Origin: a virus
Lineage: Duplodnaviria > Caudoviricetes
Virus record (IMG/VR): IMGVR_UViG_3300030116_005147
Span: 1 to 55,990 of that record
Direction: 5' to 3' (one strand)
DNA length: 55,990 nt
Shown: positions 27,216 to 34,858 of the stretch, one piece after another
Numbering within the stretch: the first letter of the stretch is position 1
Layout: each line of letters opens with the position of its first letter
Notes under the pieces: model-generated
Seen by the model: only the letters and a program-made list of their open reading frames with translations
Database searches by the model: none
Told to the model about the DNA's origin: nothing
Position numbers and translations under genes: made by a program

Positions 27216-27734
27216 TCACTTCCTATGTTTTGGTTGTTCATATGTTTCTACTAAGCAGCGGGACTCCCACTTAGGGTGGAAGATGAGCACCGCTGACGGT
27301 GCTGGAGAAGGCCCGCCTTCCTTCTCTCCTTGTCTAAACTTTAGCCTGCCTTTGATGAGCAGGATGCGGCTGGCTTTCATGGCGTAGTCATGCCACCACC
27401 GGGTGTCCGTCCGGGCAAATACCAAGACGACCACGTACCTACCCCCATCTAGCAGAGATTGTTCGTAGGCTTTCTGTACCCACTTGCCCACGTCCCTACC
27501 GTAGGGAGGGTTCAGCCAGATGTCGGAACCCGGCCATCGTTCCATAGCCAGGGCATCCTCTCCCAGGTCCGAGCCGGGGCCGAGGTGTCGGATACACAGG
27601 GACGATTCCTTAGTCGCCGCCGCATCCAGGTTGAACAGGAACGTCTCGTTCAGTTCATCGAACAGCCAGTGCGGTGTCTGCCAGCACATATCCTTGGACG
27701 AGAACAGCCCGTCCTGTTTCCAGTTACTCATCAC
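27216..27734 (-). CDS. dam: Phage DNA N6-adenine methyltransferase (Dam family)
   Basis: WQTP...FNLDAAA, WLNPPYG catalytic motif, ARTDTRWWH, IKGRLKF. Confidence 0.9.
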   Translation of the reverse strand: MMSNWKQDGLFSSKDMCWQTPHWLFDELNETFLFNLDAAATKESSLCIRHLGPGSDLGEDALAMERWPGSDIWLNPPYGRDVGKWVQKAYEQSLLDGGRYVVVLVFARTDTRWWHDYAMKASRILLIKGRLKFRQGEKEGGPSPAPSAVLIFHPKWESRCLVETYEQPKHRK

Positions 27735-28414
27735 TCACCTCCTTTGACTTTGGCGATTGCTTCGCGCAGGTCACACCGGGCGCGTTGACGAAGCTCTCGA
27801 CGCACTGCTTTCTCGCTCCGCAAAACCGTCTCTTCCAGCGTGATGTGGATGTTGTGAAACGGTCCCACCTTCGTCACCTTGTGGACATGCTCATCGCTTC
27901 GCACAAGGTCCAGAAACTCATCGAGCTTGTAGTGCTTGCGCTTGAGAGTGCCGTCGGGCTGCGGTATCGAATCCTTGATTGGTCGGCGGTTCGCAGTATT
28001 TGGGTTGGGGGGCCAGTCGTCCAAGAGCATGTAGGAGATGACCTCGGCGGGAGGAGTGGCGGAAGTCCACGTTCCTCGGCCTCGCTTCCATCGACAGAGG
28101 AGCGCTCCCCCAATGCTGTTGCGAAACTGGAGGACATAGCGGGCCTTGCGCTTGTAGTTGGCCTTCACCAAGTATTCGCCAAGGGGATCTTCTCCTGTCT
28201 TGGCGACGTAGGCTTGGTAGCGTTTCCAAGCCGCTTCTTGCTTTTCAAAAGAGGGAACGTCCGACTCGTCTACTGGGTCTCTGTCACCGTCACTGACGTA
28301 ATCTACCCAGTAGTTTCCTTCTTCATCCGTCCAGTAGTTGGACTTGTGCCAGCCCATCGAACAGTCTCTATCGTCGCACTGCCAGGGAATCTCTACCATG
28401 ATATAGTCCATCAC
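27731..28414 (-). CDS. Hypothetical protein
   Basis: 227 aa, GGAGGTGAGTGATG coupled start. Confidence 0.65.
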   Translation of the reverse strand: MMDYIMVEIPWQCDDRDCSMGWHKSNYWTDEEGNYWVDYVSDGDRDPVDESDVPSFEKQEAAWKRYQAYVAKTGEDPLGEYLVKANYKRKARYVLQFRNSIGGALLCRWKRGRGTWTSATPPAEVISYMLLDDWPPNPNTANRRPIKDSIPQPDGTLKRKHYKLDEFLDLVRSDEHVHKVTKVGPFHNIHITLEETVLRSEKAVRRELRQRARCDLREAIAKVKGGE

Positions 28415-28809
28415 TCACCTCCCATGGCCCAGACTGCTGGGCGCTCCTTACCTTCAACCGTTTTCGACCCCATCACAGCCAAGTCAGACGTTCTTACGGG
28501 CTCTCCCGTCTTTCGGTCCGTGAAATGGTTGTGCTTGAACGGGTTATACGTGACGTGCTTTGGTTCGTCGTCAACGTAGAAACGAAGTTCTTCGTCGCAG
28601 AAATCTTTTAGAACGCCACGGGCAAAGGCGTGTACGTTCTTCTTGCCTTCGCGGAGTACTCGCTCACGACCACCCTGCTGGACCACCCAGGTCACGCCCT
28701 CCATCTCCAGGTAGGCGCGGTGGGGTCGGTCGGCAATGAGCTTGCCGTGCGCGTGGCGGATACTCCAGCATTTCTTGTGTAGGTTCCAGTAAACTTCAAC
28801 TCTCATCAC
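28411..28809 (-). CDS. Conserved phage hypothetical protein
   Basis: VYWNLHKKCWSIR...GRERVLREGKKNVHAF...VTYNPFK pattern recognised from many phages. Confidence 0.75.
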   Translation of the reverse strand: MMRVEVYWNLHKKCWSIRHAHGKLIADRPHRAYLEMEGVTWVVQQGGRERVLREGKKNVHAFARGVLKDFCDEELRFYVDDEPKHVTYNPFKHNHFTDRKTGEPVRTSDLAVMGSKTVEGKERPAVWAMGGE

Positions 28810-28820
28810 TCACCTCCTTG

Positions 28821-28860
28821 AAAGTAAAAGACCCCATGCCTCACCATGAGACACGGGGTC
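28821..28860 (-). terminator. Intrinsic terminator after the DUF932-like gene
   Basis: Minus strand GACCCCGTGTCTCA-TGG-TGAGGCATGGGGTC-TTTTACTTT. Confidence 0.75.
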
Positions 28861-28879
28861 ATCTCTGCTATCTGTCTAC

Positions 28880-30061
28880 CTATGCGTGGACGAGGATACG
28901 TCCGTTGTCTGCCGCTGCCAGACCTCGCTGCATCATGCGTGCTGCTGCCCGTTCGATGTTCGCCTGTTCGAACATGTCGAACTCTTGGGCGATGAGCGTG
29001 GTGGCATCGATGACGGTGGCGAGGGTATCACCGGGCGCGTTCCACTCATGCCCGATAGCAGCAGTAGCCTTATTGATCTGCTCCTTGGTGAGCTTCTCCT
29101 TCTTCAACTCGCGAGTCATGAAGGCGAAGGCATCATCGATGGCGACATCGAGTGCTTCGTTGTAAAGCTTCACCACTCCGCGTGCCTTGGTCTGGAGGTT
29201 CTCGACAGCGGAGGCCACACCATCCGAGATGCGCTGGGTGTTGCCCGAGTGAATCCACCGGAAGCTATCCTTCTCACTGAAGGTCTGCATCCCGTTGGTG
29301 CAGATGAGCTTCCAGATGGCTGCGGTCAGGATGGTACTGCGCCGACCCGCCTCACTATTGTACGCCTCGATGATGGGCATGGGCTTGTTCAGTTCGAAGG
29401 CACCCACGTCCTCGGTGCAGAACCGTAGCCGCATCAGGGTATCGGTGACCTTGAACTCCAGCACGGGCATGTTCGCCAGTTCGGGTGCGTTATTGAGCAG
29501 GTCATCCACGAACCGCAGGTTGTCGTACTCGGCGAAGGTCTGACTGTGCTGGCTGCGGAGCATCCGACGCACGGTGCCATCGGCATCACGGGTACGGACT
29601 GAGCGCAGCTTCACGGGTTTATCGTTGCGCTGGCTGAACAGTGCCCATGAAAAGGTGGACAGCTTCTCTCCGTTCTCGCCCAGTTCTGCCTGCTCCAGCA
29701 GTCCGTTACCGAACCGACTGGGCAGGATGGTCCTGCTCAACTGGTCGTAGGCGTTCTTGTGGACGAGCATCACCTCGGGGTCGAGCCCATCCCGCGTGAG
29801 GAACTGCGCCGTGACCCGTCCGTTTCGGAAGTCCATGTGCAACTGGTCAGGGGAGCGGTCGAAGGACACGGGTTCCTGCGCTTCGCTCTGCCGACGGAGC
29901 AGGTCACGCACCTCCTCCAGGTGCAGGGTCGATAGCTTACCGGGCCGCGCTCCTTTGTTGAACATGGTGCGGTTCTCGATCAGGCGTGGTCCCTCCCCTA
30001 TCGTGGCGGTGCCAGCGGTGAAGGTGGCGGGAGCGGTGGGGTTTTGTACGATCTGGTTCAT
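28880..30061 (-). CDS. DUF932-like protein
   Basis: YNSEAG...AAIWKLICTNGM...WIH motif characteristic of DUF932; 393 aa. Confidence 0.7.
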   Translation of the reverse strand: MNQIVQNPTAPATFTAGTATIGEGPRLIENRTMFNKGARPGKLSTLHLEEVRDLLRRQSEAQEPVSFDRSPDQLHMDFRNGRVTAQFLTRDGLDPEVMLVHKNAYDQLSRTILPSRFGNGLLEQAELGENGEKLSTFSWALFSQRNDKPVKLRSVRTRDADGTVRRMLRSQHSQTFAEYDNLRFVDDLLNNAPELANMPVLEFKVTDTLMRLRFCTEDVGAFELNKPMPIIEAYNSEAGRRSTILTAAIWKLICTNGMQTFSEKDSFRWIHSGNTQRISDGVASAVENLQTKARGVVKLYNEALDVAIDDAFAFMTRELKKEKLTKEQINKATAAIGHEWNAPGDTLATVIDATTLIAQEFDMFEQANIERAAARMMQRGLAAADNGRILVHA

Positions 30062-30204
30062 GAGTTCTCCTTGACCTGCACTCGGCAGGCGTTCTTGTTT
30101 TGTTGTTTCTTCTTGTCGGGCATGGCACCCGCTCTCCTATTGTGGGCGTGAACTGCCAACCAGTTACGCCCCGTGTTCTTCTTACTGTTCTTGTCCTTCT
30201 TCAT
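30058..30204 (-). CDS. Small basic protein
   Basis: GGGGAG RBS gives MKKDKNSKK... (48 aa). Confidence 0.55.
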   Translation of the reverse strand: MKKDKNSKKNTGRNWLAVHAHNRRAGAMPDKKKQQNKNACRVQVKENS

Positions 30205-30331
30205 GTCTCCCCCTTCTGAGGCGGGCGCGTAGGTCAGCGATGATAGCAGACATGCCCTCCGCATCCCTTCGCAGTTCATGGATGGCAGACGCTTGCGCTG
30301 CCAGTAGTTCTCGTAGTTCTTGTTCGTTCAT
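30182..30331 (-). CDS. Small coiled-coil protein (49 aa, not in ORF track)
   Basis: MNEQELRELLAAQASAIHELRRD...; GGGAG RBS. Confidence 0.55.
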   Translation of the reverse strand: MNEQELRELLAAQASAIHELRRDAEGMSAIIADLRARLRRGRHEEGQEQ

Positions 30332-30432
30332 TGGTTCTCCCATCGGTTTGTCCAGGTTAGTTGTTTGCCCGTGTGTCCTGGGTAGTACGCCAGAAACAGA
30401 GCGGTAGCGGTGGATAGTACTACGAATGTCAT
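30328..30432 (-). CDS. Small hydrophobic peptide (34 aa)
   Basis: GGAGGTG RBS, MTFVVLSTATALFLAYY...; ATGA overlaps on both sides. Confidence 0.45.
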   Translation of the reverse strand: MTFVVLSTATALFLAYYPGHTGKQLTWTNRWENQ

Positions 30433-30587
30433 CGGGTCACCTCCCAGATGACAGCGGTGAAGCAGCATGCCATGTAGGCGCAGCACAGTACCAGGAACGT
30501 GGGCCAGTGCAGCCACGCTACCAGGAAGGGAACAGCCAGGCAGGCGACAGCCCACAGGTAATAGACGGGTGAGTGTAGGTAGTTCAT
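30429..30587 (-). CDS. Small two-helix membrane protein (52 aa)
   Basis: AAGGAG RBS, MNYLHSPVYYLWAVACLAVPFLVAWLHWPTFLVLCCAYMACCF. Confidence 0.55.
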   Translation of the reverse strand: MNYLHSPVYYLWAVACLAVPFLVAWLHWPTFLVLCCAYMACCFTAVIWEVTR

Positions 30588-30862
30588 CGGGTTTCTCCTT
30601 TCTTGTTTCGGGTTACGAATCGGTACATGTTGATCACGGCTGCGATCGGGGGCTGGACTCCGGTGTCCCACTCGGTAGCTTTGCGGGCTGCGCGGATGGC
30701 ATCACCCAGGGTCAGGTTGTCGTTCACTGCTGCGTTCACAGCGAGCATCAGGTCCCAGATCATCTTCCCGTCGTCGCCCCCCTCCAGGCAGAGCATGTTG
30801 TCCCGCACGATCACGGGCGGGAACTCAGGCATCACGGGTATCGTGTTCTTAGCTATCGTCAT
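30584..30862 (-). CDS. Hypothetical protein
   Basis: GGAGGTG RBS gives start MTIAKN at 30862. Confidence 0.55.
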   Translation of the reverse strand: MTIAKNTIPVMPEFPPVIVRDNMLCLEGGDDGKMIWDLMLAVNAAVNDNLTLGDAIRAARKATEWDTGVQPPIAAVINMYRFVTRNKKGETR

Positions 30863-31068
30863 CGCCCACCTCCCTTCGCGATGGGGGTGGTGCTTCCACC
30901 GCACTGGGGGCAGCGATGCTCTCCAAACGGCACAACTCGTACCTCACTGCTGTCTCCCACCCACCCGCAGCGGGTCTTCCCAGTACCGGTTCGGCTGCCG
31001 TAGCATCGGACGGTCACCCCCGAGAGAACTCGCCTCTGCTCTCTAAGTTGTTGTTGCTTACTCATCAC
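30859..31068 (-). CDS. Zn-ribbon-like small protein
   Basis: C...CGW...CPQCG; GGAGGTGAGTGATG start. Confidence 0.6.
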   Translation of the reverse strand: MMSKQQQLREQRRVLSGVTVRCYGSRTGTGKTRCGWVGDSSEVRVVPFGEHRCPQCGGSTTPIAKGGGR

Positions 31069-31259
31069 TCACCTCCTCGGCAGTGGCACTCGTCGTCCTC
31101 GCACTCGTCGTCCTCGCACTCGTCGTCGTCCTCCATCCAGTCGTAGTGATCGTAGCCGGGGCCATCGTCCACGGCATGGAAGCGGGCGTGCTCCTCGGCT
31201 TCGGCGACGGTGGTGCTCCAAGTATCTCGGGGGTGGTAGAATGTTCCGGGTTTAGGCAT
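31065..31259 (-). CDS. Small acidic protein with (EDDEC) repeats
   Basis: 64 aa; 15-bp tandem repeat at about 31086-31133. Confidence 0.6.
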   Translation of the reverse strand: MPKPGTFYHPRDTWSTTVAEAEEHARFHAVDDGPGYDHYDWMEDDDECEDDECEDDECHCRGGE

Positions 31260-31269
31260 GGTTCAGTCC

Positions 31270-31347
31270 TCAGTTCAGGGGGATCAGGGCATAGGTAAGC
31301 AGGGCTACCAGCAGGATCGCAGTAGCCATCAGGTCATCACGGGTCAT
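31270..31347 (-). CDS. Single-helix membrane peptide (25 aa, not in ORF track)
   Basis: GAGGA RBS; MTRDDLMATAILLVALLTYALIPLN. Confidence 0.45.
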   Translation of the reverse strand: MTRDDLMATAILLVALLTYALIPLN

Positions 31348-31435
31348 TGGTTCCTCGTTTCATGTGTAGCCAGAACCACCGGGCACCATGCTCGGTAGCT
31401 CAGGGAACACCCCCGACCGTAGCCGGGGAGGGGTT

Positions 31436-31762
31436 CTACTTGGGCGTCCAGCCAGCGTCAATCCGTCGCTTGAATGCGAACATCGCAGTGACCGCGTCCC
31501 GGTACGGGCGCTTCACTCCTGCCACGGGCGGGCTGTCCCGGTATCCTGTCCGGTCACCGAGCCGTGTCCATGTGGGGTGTGGTCCTATAACCCCCGGTCC
31601 CGGTTGGACGGCTGCGTCCGACGGGACATAGGAGAGGCACCACGCGACCTGCGGCTGCGGGTCCAGGCGCCGCACTATCACGGACCCGAGCACTATCACC
31701 CCGTCACCCGCTGGGATCGTTCCGCCGTATCTGATGTGCCGCTGTAGCTGGTCAAGGGTCAT
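31436..31762 (-). CDS. Hypothetical protein
   Basis: GGAGG RBS and ATGA overlap give start MTLDQL. Confidence 0.55.
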   Translation of the reverse strand: MTLDQLQRHIRYGGTIPAGDGVIVLGSVIVRRLDPQPQVAWCLSYVPSDAAVQPGPGVIGPHPTWTRLGDRTGYRDSPPVAGVKRPYRDAVTAMFAFKRRIDAGWTPK

Positions 31763-32622
31763 GCTGCTACCTCCTGACCTTCTGCCCATCGGGTGAACGT
31801 GCCCACACCGGGGCCGTGTACCTCGATCGTTTTGTTTGGTCGTTTGCTGTTAGTCTCGGAGCCATCGCACTGTAAACAGACGGCGCAGGGTACTGGGCTG
31901 TCACCCACTGCGGGGCATGGTTTCTCGCCTGCTACATCGGGTTCACCGGGTGCCTTCGCTCGGAAGGTACGCCAGCCAGCCGATCGTGCTCGGAGTGAAT
32001 CGGCCAGGGTAGCAGCGGAGGCGGTGAGCCAGTGCCAGCCCTCACCCAGGACAGACCATCGGGCAGTGTACCCGGTGTATCCCTTGAGAACGTGGCGGAA
32101 TGAATCCCATACATGTAGCGGGACCATGCCGGGATCCCCGTATGCACCGAACCGAACCACGGACCCAGCGAAGAACTCCGCGCGGTCATCCTCGGACAGG
32201 TAAGGGTAGCCGCCACGGTTCCAACATTTCCAGACAGAACCGGCAGCCTTCGCGAGTTCCACGTAGCAGGTCCCCTGTCCACCGCTGGCCTTGCTCCGGT
32301 GGATGCATTCGACCGGACAGTTAGCGCCAGCATCCGCACCAGCCATGTAGGCATCCATCGGGCTCATAGCCTGGAGTAGAATCCAGATCTGTATCATATC
32401 GCTTGTCTTATCGTTGTTGCTGGCCTGGTCTGTAGCAGTGGCGATCACCACGATCGGGGCGCCGTTACCCGTGCTCGGCCCCTCGTACAAGACCACGCCG
32501 TTAACGTAGCCGGATCCGCTGGGGCGTTGGAGCAATGCGCGGAAAGCTTTCCGTCTAAGCTTGCGCCCCACTTTCATAGCTGCTCGGTGGACGATATCGG
32601 CTTTCAGTTGTTTGGTTTTCAT
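31759..32622 (-). CDS. Cys-rich putative Fe-S/radical-SAM-like phage protein (Gp88/DUF7227-like)
   Basis: LYEGPS, NDKTSDM, CxxxCxH...CYV, RFGAYGDP, GYT, GWRTFR, CPA...CxxCxxC...HG. Confidence 0.55.
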   Translation of the reverse strand: MKTKQLKADIVHRAAMKVGRKLRRKAFRALLQRPSGSGYVNGVVLYEGPSTGNGAPIVVIATATDQASNNDKTSDMIQIWILLQAMSPMDAYMAGADAGANCPVECIHRSKASGGQGTCYVELAKAAGSVWKCWNRGGYPYLSEDDRAEFFAGSVVRFGAYGDPGMVPLHVWDSFRHVLKGYTGYTARWSVLGEGWHWLTASAATLADSLRARSAGWRTFRAKAPGEPDVAGEKPCPAVGDSPVPCAVCLQCDGSETNSKRPNKTIEVHGPGVGTFTRWAEGQEVAA

Positions 32623-32648
32623 GGTTTCTATTTCCTATTGGTTTGGGG

Positions 32649-32948
32649 TTATGGTAGTTCGGTTCTGATTACTTTTAGGGCGTCGTCCCATTCATGCATG
32701 TCCAGGCATGACATGAGCCCATCAAGGGATAGACCTACACCGCTGCTAATATCAGGAGCATTCCGCCACATGGTATGGACTGAGCACTTCATAGAGTACA
32801 GCGCCCTTTCAAAATCGCTTTGCGCTTGTTGTTTTCTCTCAAACATTGAGTCCGATTGATAGGACAGGGATGGTCCTGGCGTGTTCAGAAATTTTCTCTG
32901 TAGTGATTTAATTTCTAAGACTGACTGAATAAGAAGATCGCGTGTCAT
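32649..32948 (-). CDS. Early hypothetical protein
   Basis: 99 aa, preceded by the start-associated repeat. Confidence 0.65.
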   Translation of the reverse strand: MTRDLLIQSVLEIKSLQRKFLNTPGPSLSYQSDSMFERKQQAQSDFERALYSMKCSVHTMWRNAPDISSGVGLSLDGLMSCLDMHEWDDALKVIRTELP

Positions 32949-32974
32949 GGTTTCTATTTCCTATTGGTTCGGGG

Positions 32975-33265
32975 TTAGCTTTGTTCTTTGGCTGCCACGA
33001 TATGGAAGGCTGGCCGGTTCACGTATTCAGGATCCTGTGGACCGTAGGCAGTGATGGACGCCCACAGTCCGGGGCATGGGGGCATGCCTTGGAGTACTTT
33101 GCAGGAGTCGGTGTCGATCGTTTCACACGCGTGTCTGTTCACTGCCTCACCCAATGCCTCGCGTATGCAGGATGCCTCGACCGTATAGGATGCGACCTGT
33201 ACAGATCCCTTCCATCCGTCGATCTGTTCAAATGTTTTCTGCGTTTGAATTACATAGCGTGTCAT
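32975..33265 (-). CDS. Early hypothetical protein
   Basis: 96 aa, preceded by the start-associated repeat. Confidence 0.65.
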   Translation of the reverse strand: MTRYVIQTQKTFEQIDGWKGSVQVASYTVEASCIREALGEAVNRHACETIDTDSCKVLQGMPPCPGLWASITAYGPQDPEYVNRPAFHIVAAKEQS

Positions 33266-33269
33266 GGTT

Positions 33270-33455
33270 CTATTTCCTATTGGTTACTGATTTATGGGCG
33301 AGATCTACAGATCTCATGTCGTCAATGTTCGCTAGTGTTACCCAGCTATTGGATTCCAGCGATATCTTCTTAGCTGCTGCCATAGCTCCAAAGAAACGAC
33401 CGGTAAAGGTGCGTGTCTCGTTGGTGGCGTGGATTGTGATCAGGTAGTCTTTCAT
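33270..33455 (-). CDS. Early hypothetical protein
   Basis: 61 aa, preceded by the repeat; ends TNRK inside the next repeat. Confidence 0.65.
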   Translation of the reverse strand: MKDYLITIHATNETRTFTGRFFGAMAAAKKISLESNSWVTLANIDDMRSVDLAHKSVTNRK

Positions 33456-33460
33456 GGTTT

Positions 33461-33694
33461 CTATTTCCTATTGGTGGGGGTTAGTCCGCACATCCACGTT
33501 CGGAGCCGCTTGCCAACTAAATCATTCGTCTGGTATTCAGACAGGCCCATCGCTTTTCCTTCACATATGATTTCCCACTTGATCTGGTAGTAAAGAGCAT
33601 TGATTTCACGGCACCTTTTGGCATCTAATGAGTCACATTTGTGGAGGGTTATTGTTCCGTCTGCGCTTTTGATCTTTAGGTTTAAGGTGGGCAT
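33461..33694 (-). CDS. Early hypothetical protein
   Basis: 77 aa, preceded by the repeat; ends TNRK. Confidence 0.65.
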   Translation of the reverse strand: MPTLNLKIKSADGTITLHKCDSLDAKRCREINALYYQIKWEIICEGKAMGLSEYQTNDLVGKRLRTWMCGLTPTNRK

Positions 33695-33699
33695 GGTTT

Positions 33700-33933
33700 C
33701 TATTTCCTTTTCTGAGATTGACGTTTGATAGCTGCCGCGATCCGCCGTTGTCGGGCTTGATCGCGGAATGATTGAATGGAATCAGAGATCTCCTGATCGA
33801 TCGTTCCGTTGTATGCTTGCGGCCTACCGTAGACCGGCGACGTGTCAACGGTTCGGATCACTCCGTTGATCTTGGCTGAATCGGGACGACCGGGCAGGCC
33901 TCCCATATGGGCAAGGAATGGGGGGAGACTCAT
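33700..33933 (-). CDS. Early hypothetical protein
   Basis: 77 aa, GGAGG RBS, ATGA overlap. Confidence 0.6.
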   Translation of the reverse strand: MSLPPFLAHMGGLPGRPDSAKINGVIRTVDTSPVYGRPQAYNGTIDQEISDSIQSFRDQARQRRIAAAIKRQSQKRK

Positions 33934-34202
33934 GTTGCACCCTCCGCGATAGCTTGATCAATGGGGAAGCCAGGAACCGGATCATCTTGGACTATTGATA
34001 CGTTGCTGATGTCCAGGCCTGGATATCTGCGCAGAATATATAGCGCCCAGGCTTTAGCCGTTGCATGGTTAGAGCACTGTTTCCTGTGGACTATGCCACC
34101 ATTGAGGATCTCTACAGACCACCGCCCAGATAGGGCGTGATCCCCTGACACGAGATGGCCCAGGGCATATGACAGACCGTTGATTGCTTTGTTGATGCTC
34201 AT
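33930..34202 (-). CDS. Early hypothetical protein
   Basis: 90 aa, ATGA overlap with upstream gene. Confidence 0.6.
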   Translation of the reverse strand: MSINKAINGLSYALGHLVSGDHALSGRWSVEILNGGIVHRKQCSNHATAKAWALYILRRYPGLDISNVSIVQDDPVPGFPIDQAIAEGAT

Positions 34203-34378
34203 TTGATACCCCCTGCGATCTCAGCTTGTACATCACGTTCGCTCTGATCGATCGCGTTCCAGATCTGTGGATAGTCGCGGATCAATAGGGCGATCGCTCG
34301 GGTTGTAGCTGGCATACCATACTGTTCTTCAGCTATTGACAGGTCAATGTATCGGTTCACAATTTCGTTGTTAGACAT
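34199..34378 (-). CDS. Early hypothetical protein (59 aa, not in ORF track)
   Basis: MSNNEIVNRYIDLSIAEEQYG...IAGGIK, preceded by GGAAATTAGAACC. Confidence 0.6.
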   Translation of the reverse strand: MSNNEIVNRYIDLSIAEEQYGMPATTRAIALLIRDYPQIWNAIDQSERDVQAEIAGGIK

Positions 34379-34390
34379 GGTTCTAATTTC

Positions 34391-34428
34391 CAGGGTTCAG
34401 GGTTTCAGGGTTTCAGGGTTCAGGGTTT
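34391..34428 (+). repeat. (CAGGGTT[T])x5 intergenic microsatellite, G-quadruplex-competent
   Basis: GGG tracts at 34393, 34400, 34408, 34416, 34423; a second 3-unit copy at 34633-34654. Confidence 0.85.
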
Positions 34429-34621
34429 ATTGACGCGGTGGGCATGGATTGACGGGAAAGTCCGGGTCGGAATGGATAGCGATTGCGTCAACATCGATCG
34501 AAAGTATTCGATCAATCAATTGTGCGTCCGTTTCTCCTGTCTTCCTGCGAGGCATAGCCACCGGTTTGGGCAGTTCGTCAACGATAGATAGGTGCATGGA
34601 TTGCGCTTGTGAAATGGTCAT
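34427..34621 (-). CDS. Early hypothetical protein
   Basis: 64 aa between the two microsatellites. Confidence 0.6.
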   Translation of the reverse strand: MTISQAQSMHLSIVDELPKPVAMPRRKTGETDAQLIDRILSIDVDAIAIHSDPDFPVNPCPPRQ

Positions 34622-34652
34622 GGTTTTATTTCCAGGGTTCAGGGTTCAGGGT

Positions 34653-34844
34653 TTATGCGTCTGATCGTTGGGCTACTCGCTCGGCGTATCGATGCGATAA
34701 GACGGCAGCAACACCAGGATCAGAAGGATCACCGACTTGTTCACAATAAACGTTTCTGAGAATGATTAGCTCCTCTACAATTTTAGCGTCGCCATTGATT
34801 AGGTGGTGTCGGATTAGTCCGTTGAGAATTTCGATTGTTGTCAT
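34653..34844 (-). CDS. First early hypothetical protein
   Basis: AAGGAACAAAACC-ATG gives start MTTIEIL (63 aa). Confidence 0.6.
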   Translation of the reverse strand: MTTIEILNGLIRHHLINGDAKIVEELIILRNVYCEQVGDPSDPGVAAVLSHRYAERVAQRSDA

Positions 34845-34858
34845 GGTTTTGTTCCTTG

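Larger units (their letters stand above)
32620..34856 (-). repeat. Dispersed start-associated repeat CCAATAGGAAATAGAAACC-ATG and degenerate copies
   Basis: Copies at 32620, 32946, 33263, 33453, 33692; degenerate at 34376, 34619, 34842. Confidence 0.85.

Noticed and set aside
32620-33708. Start-associated repeats as CRISPR repeats or integron attC sites
   Set aside because: Spacing is 190-330 bp and each interval is a full ORF; the repeats are not palindromic and no integrase is present
34391-34654. Telomere-like repeats as eukaryotic contamination or chimera
   Set aside because: They sit exactly between stop codons and the phage's own RBS motif at two separate junctions
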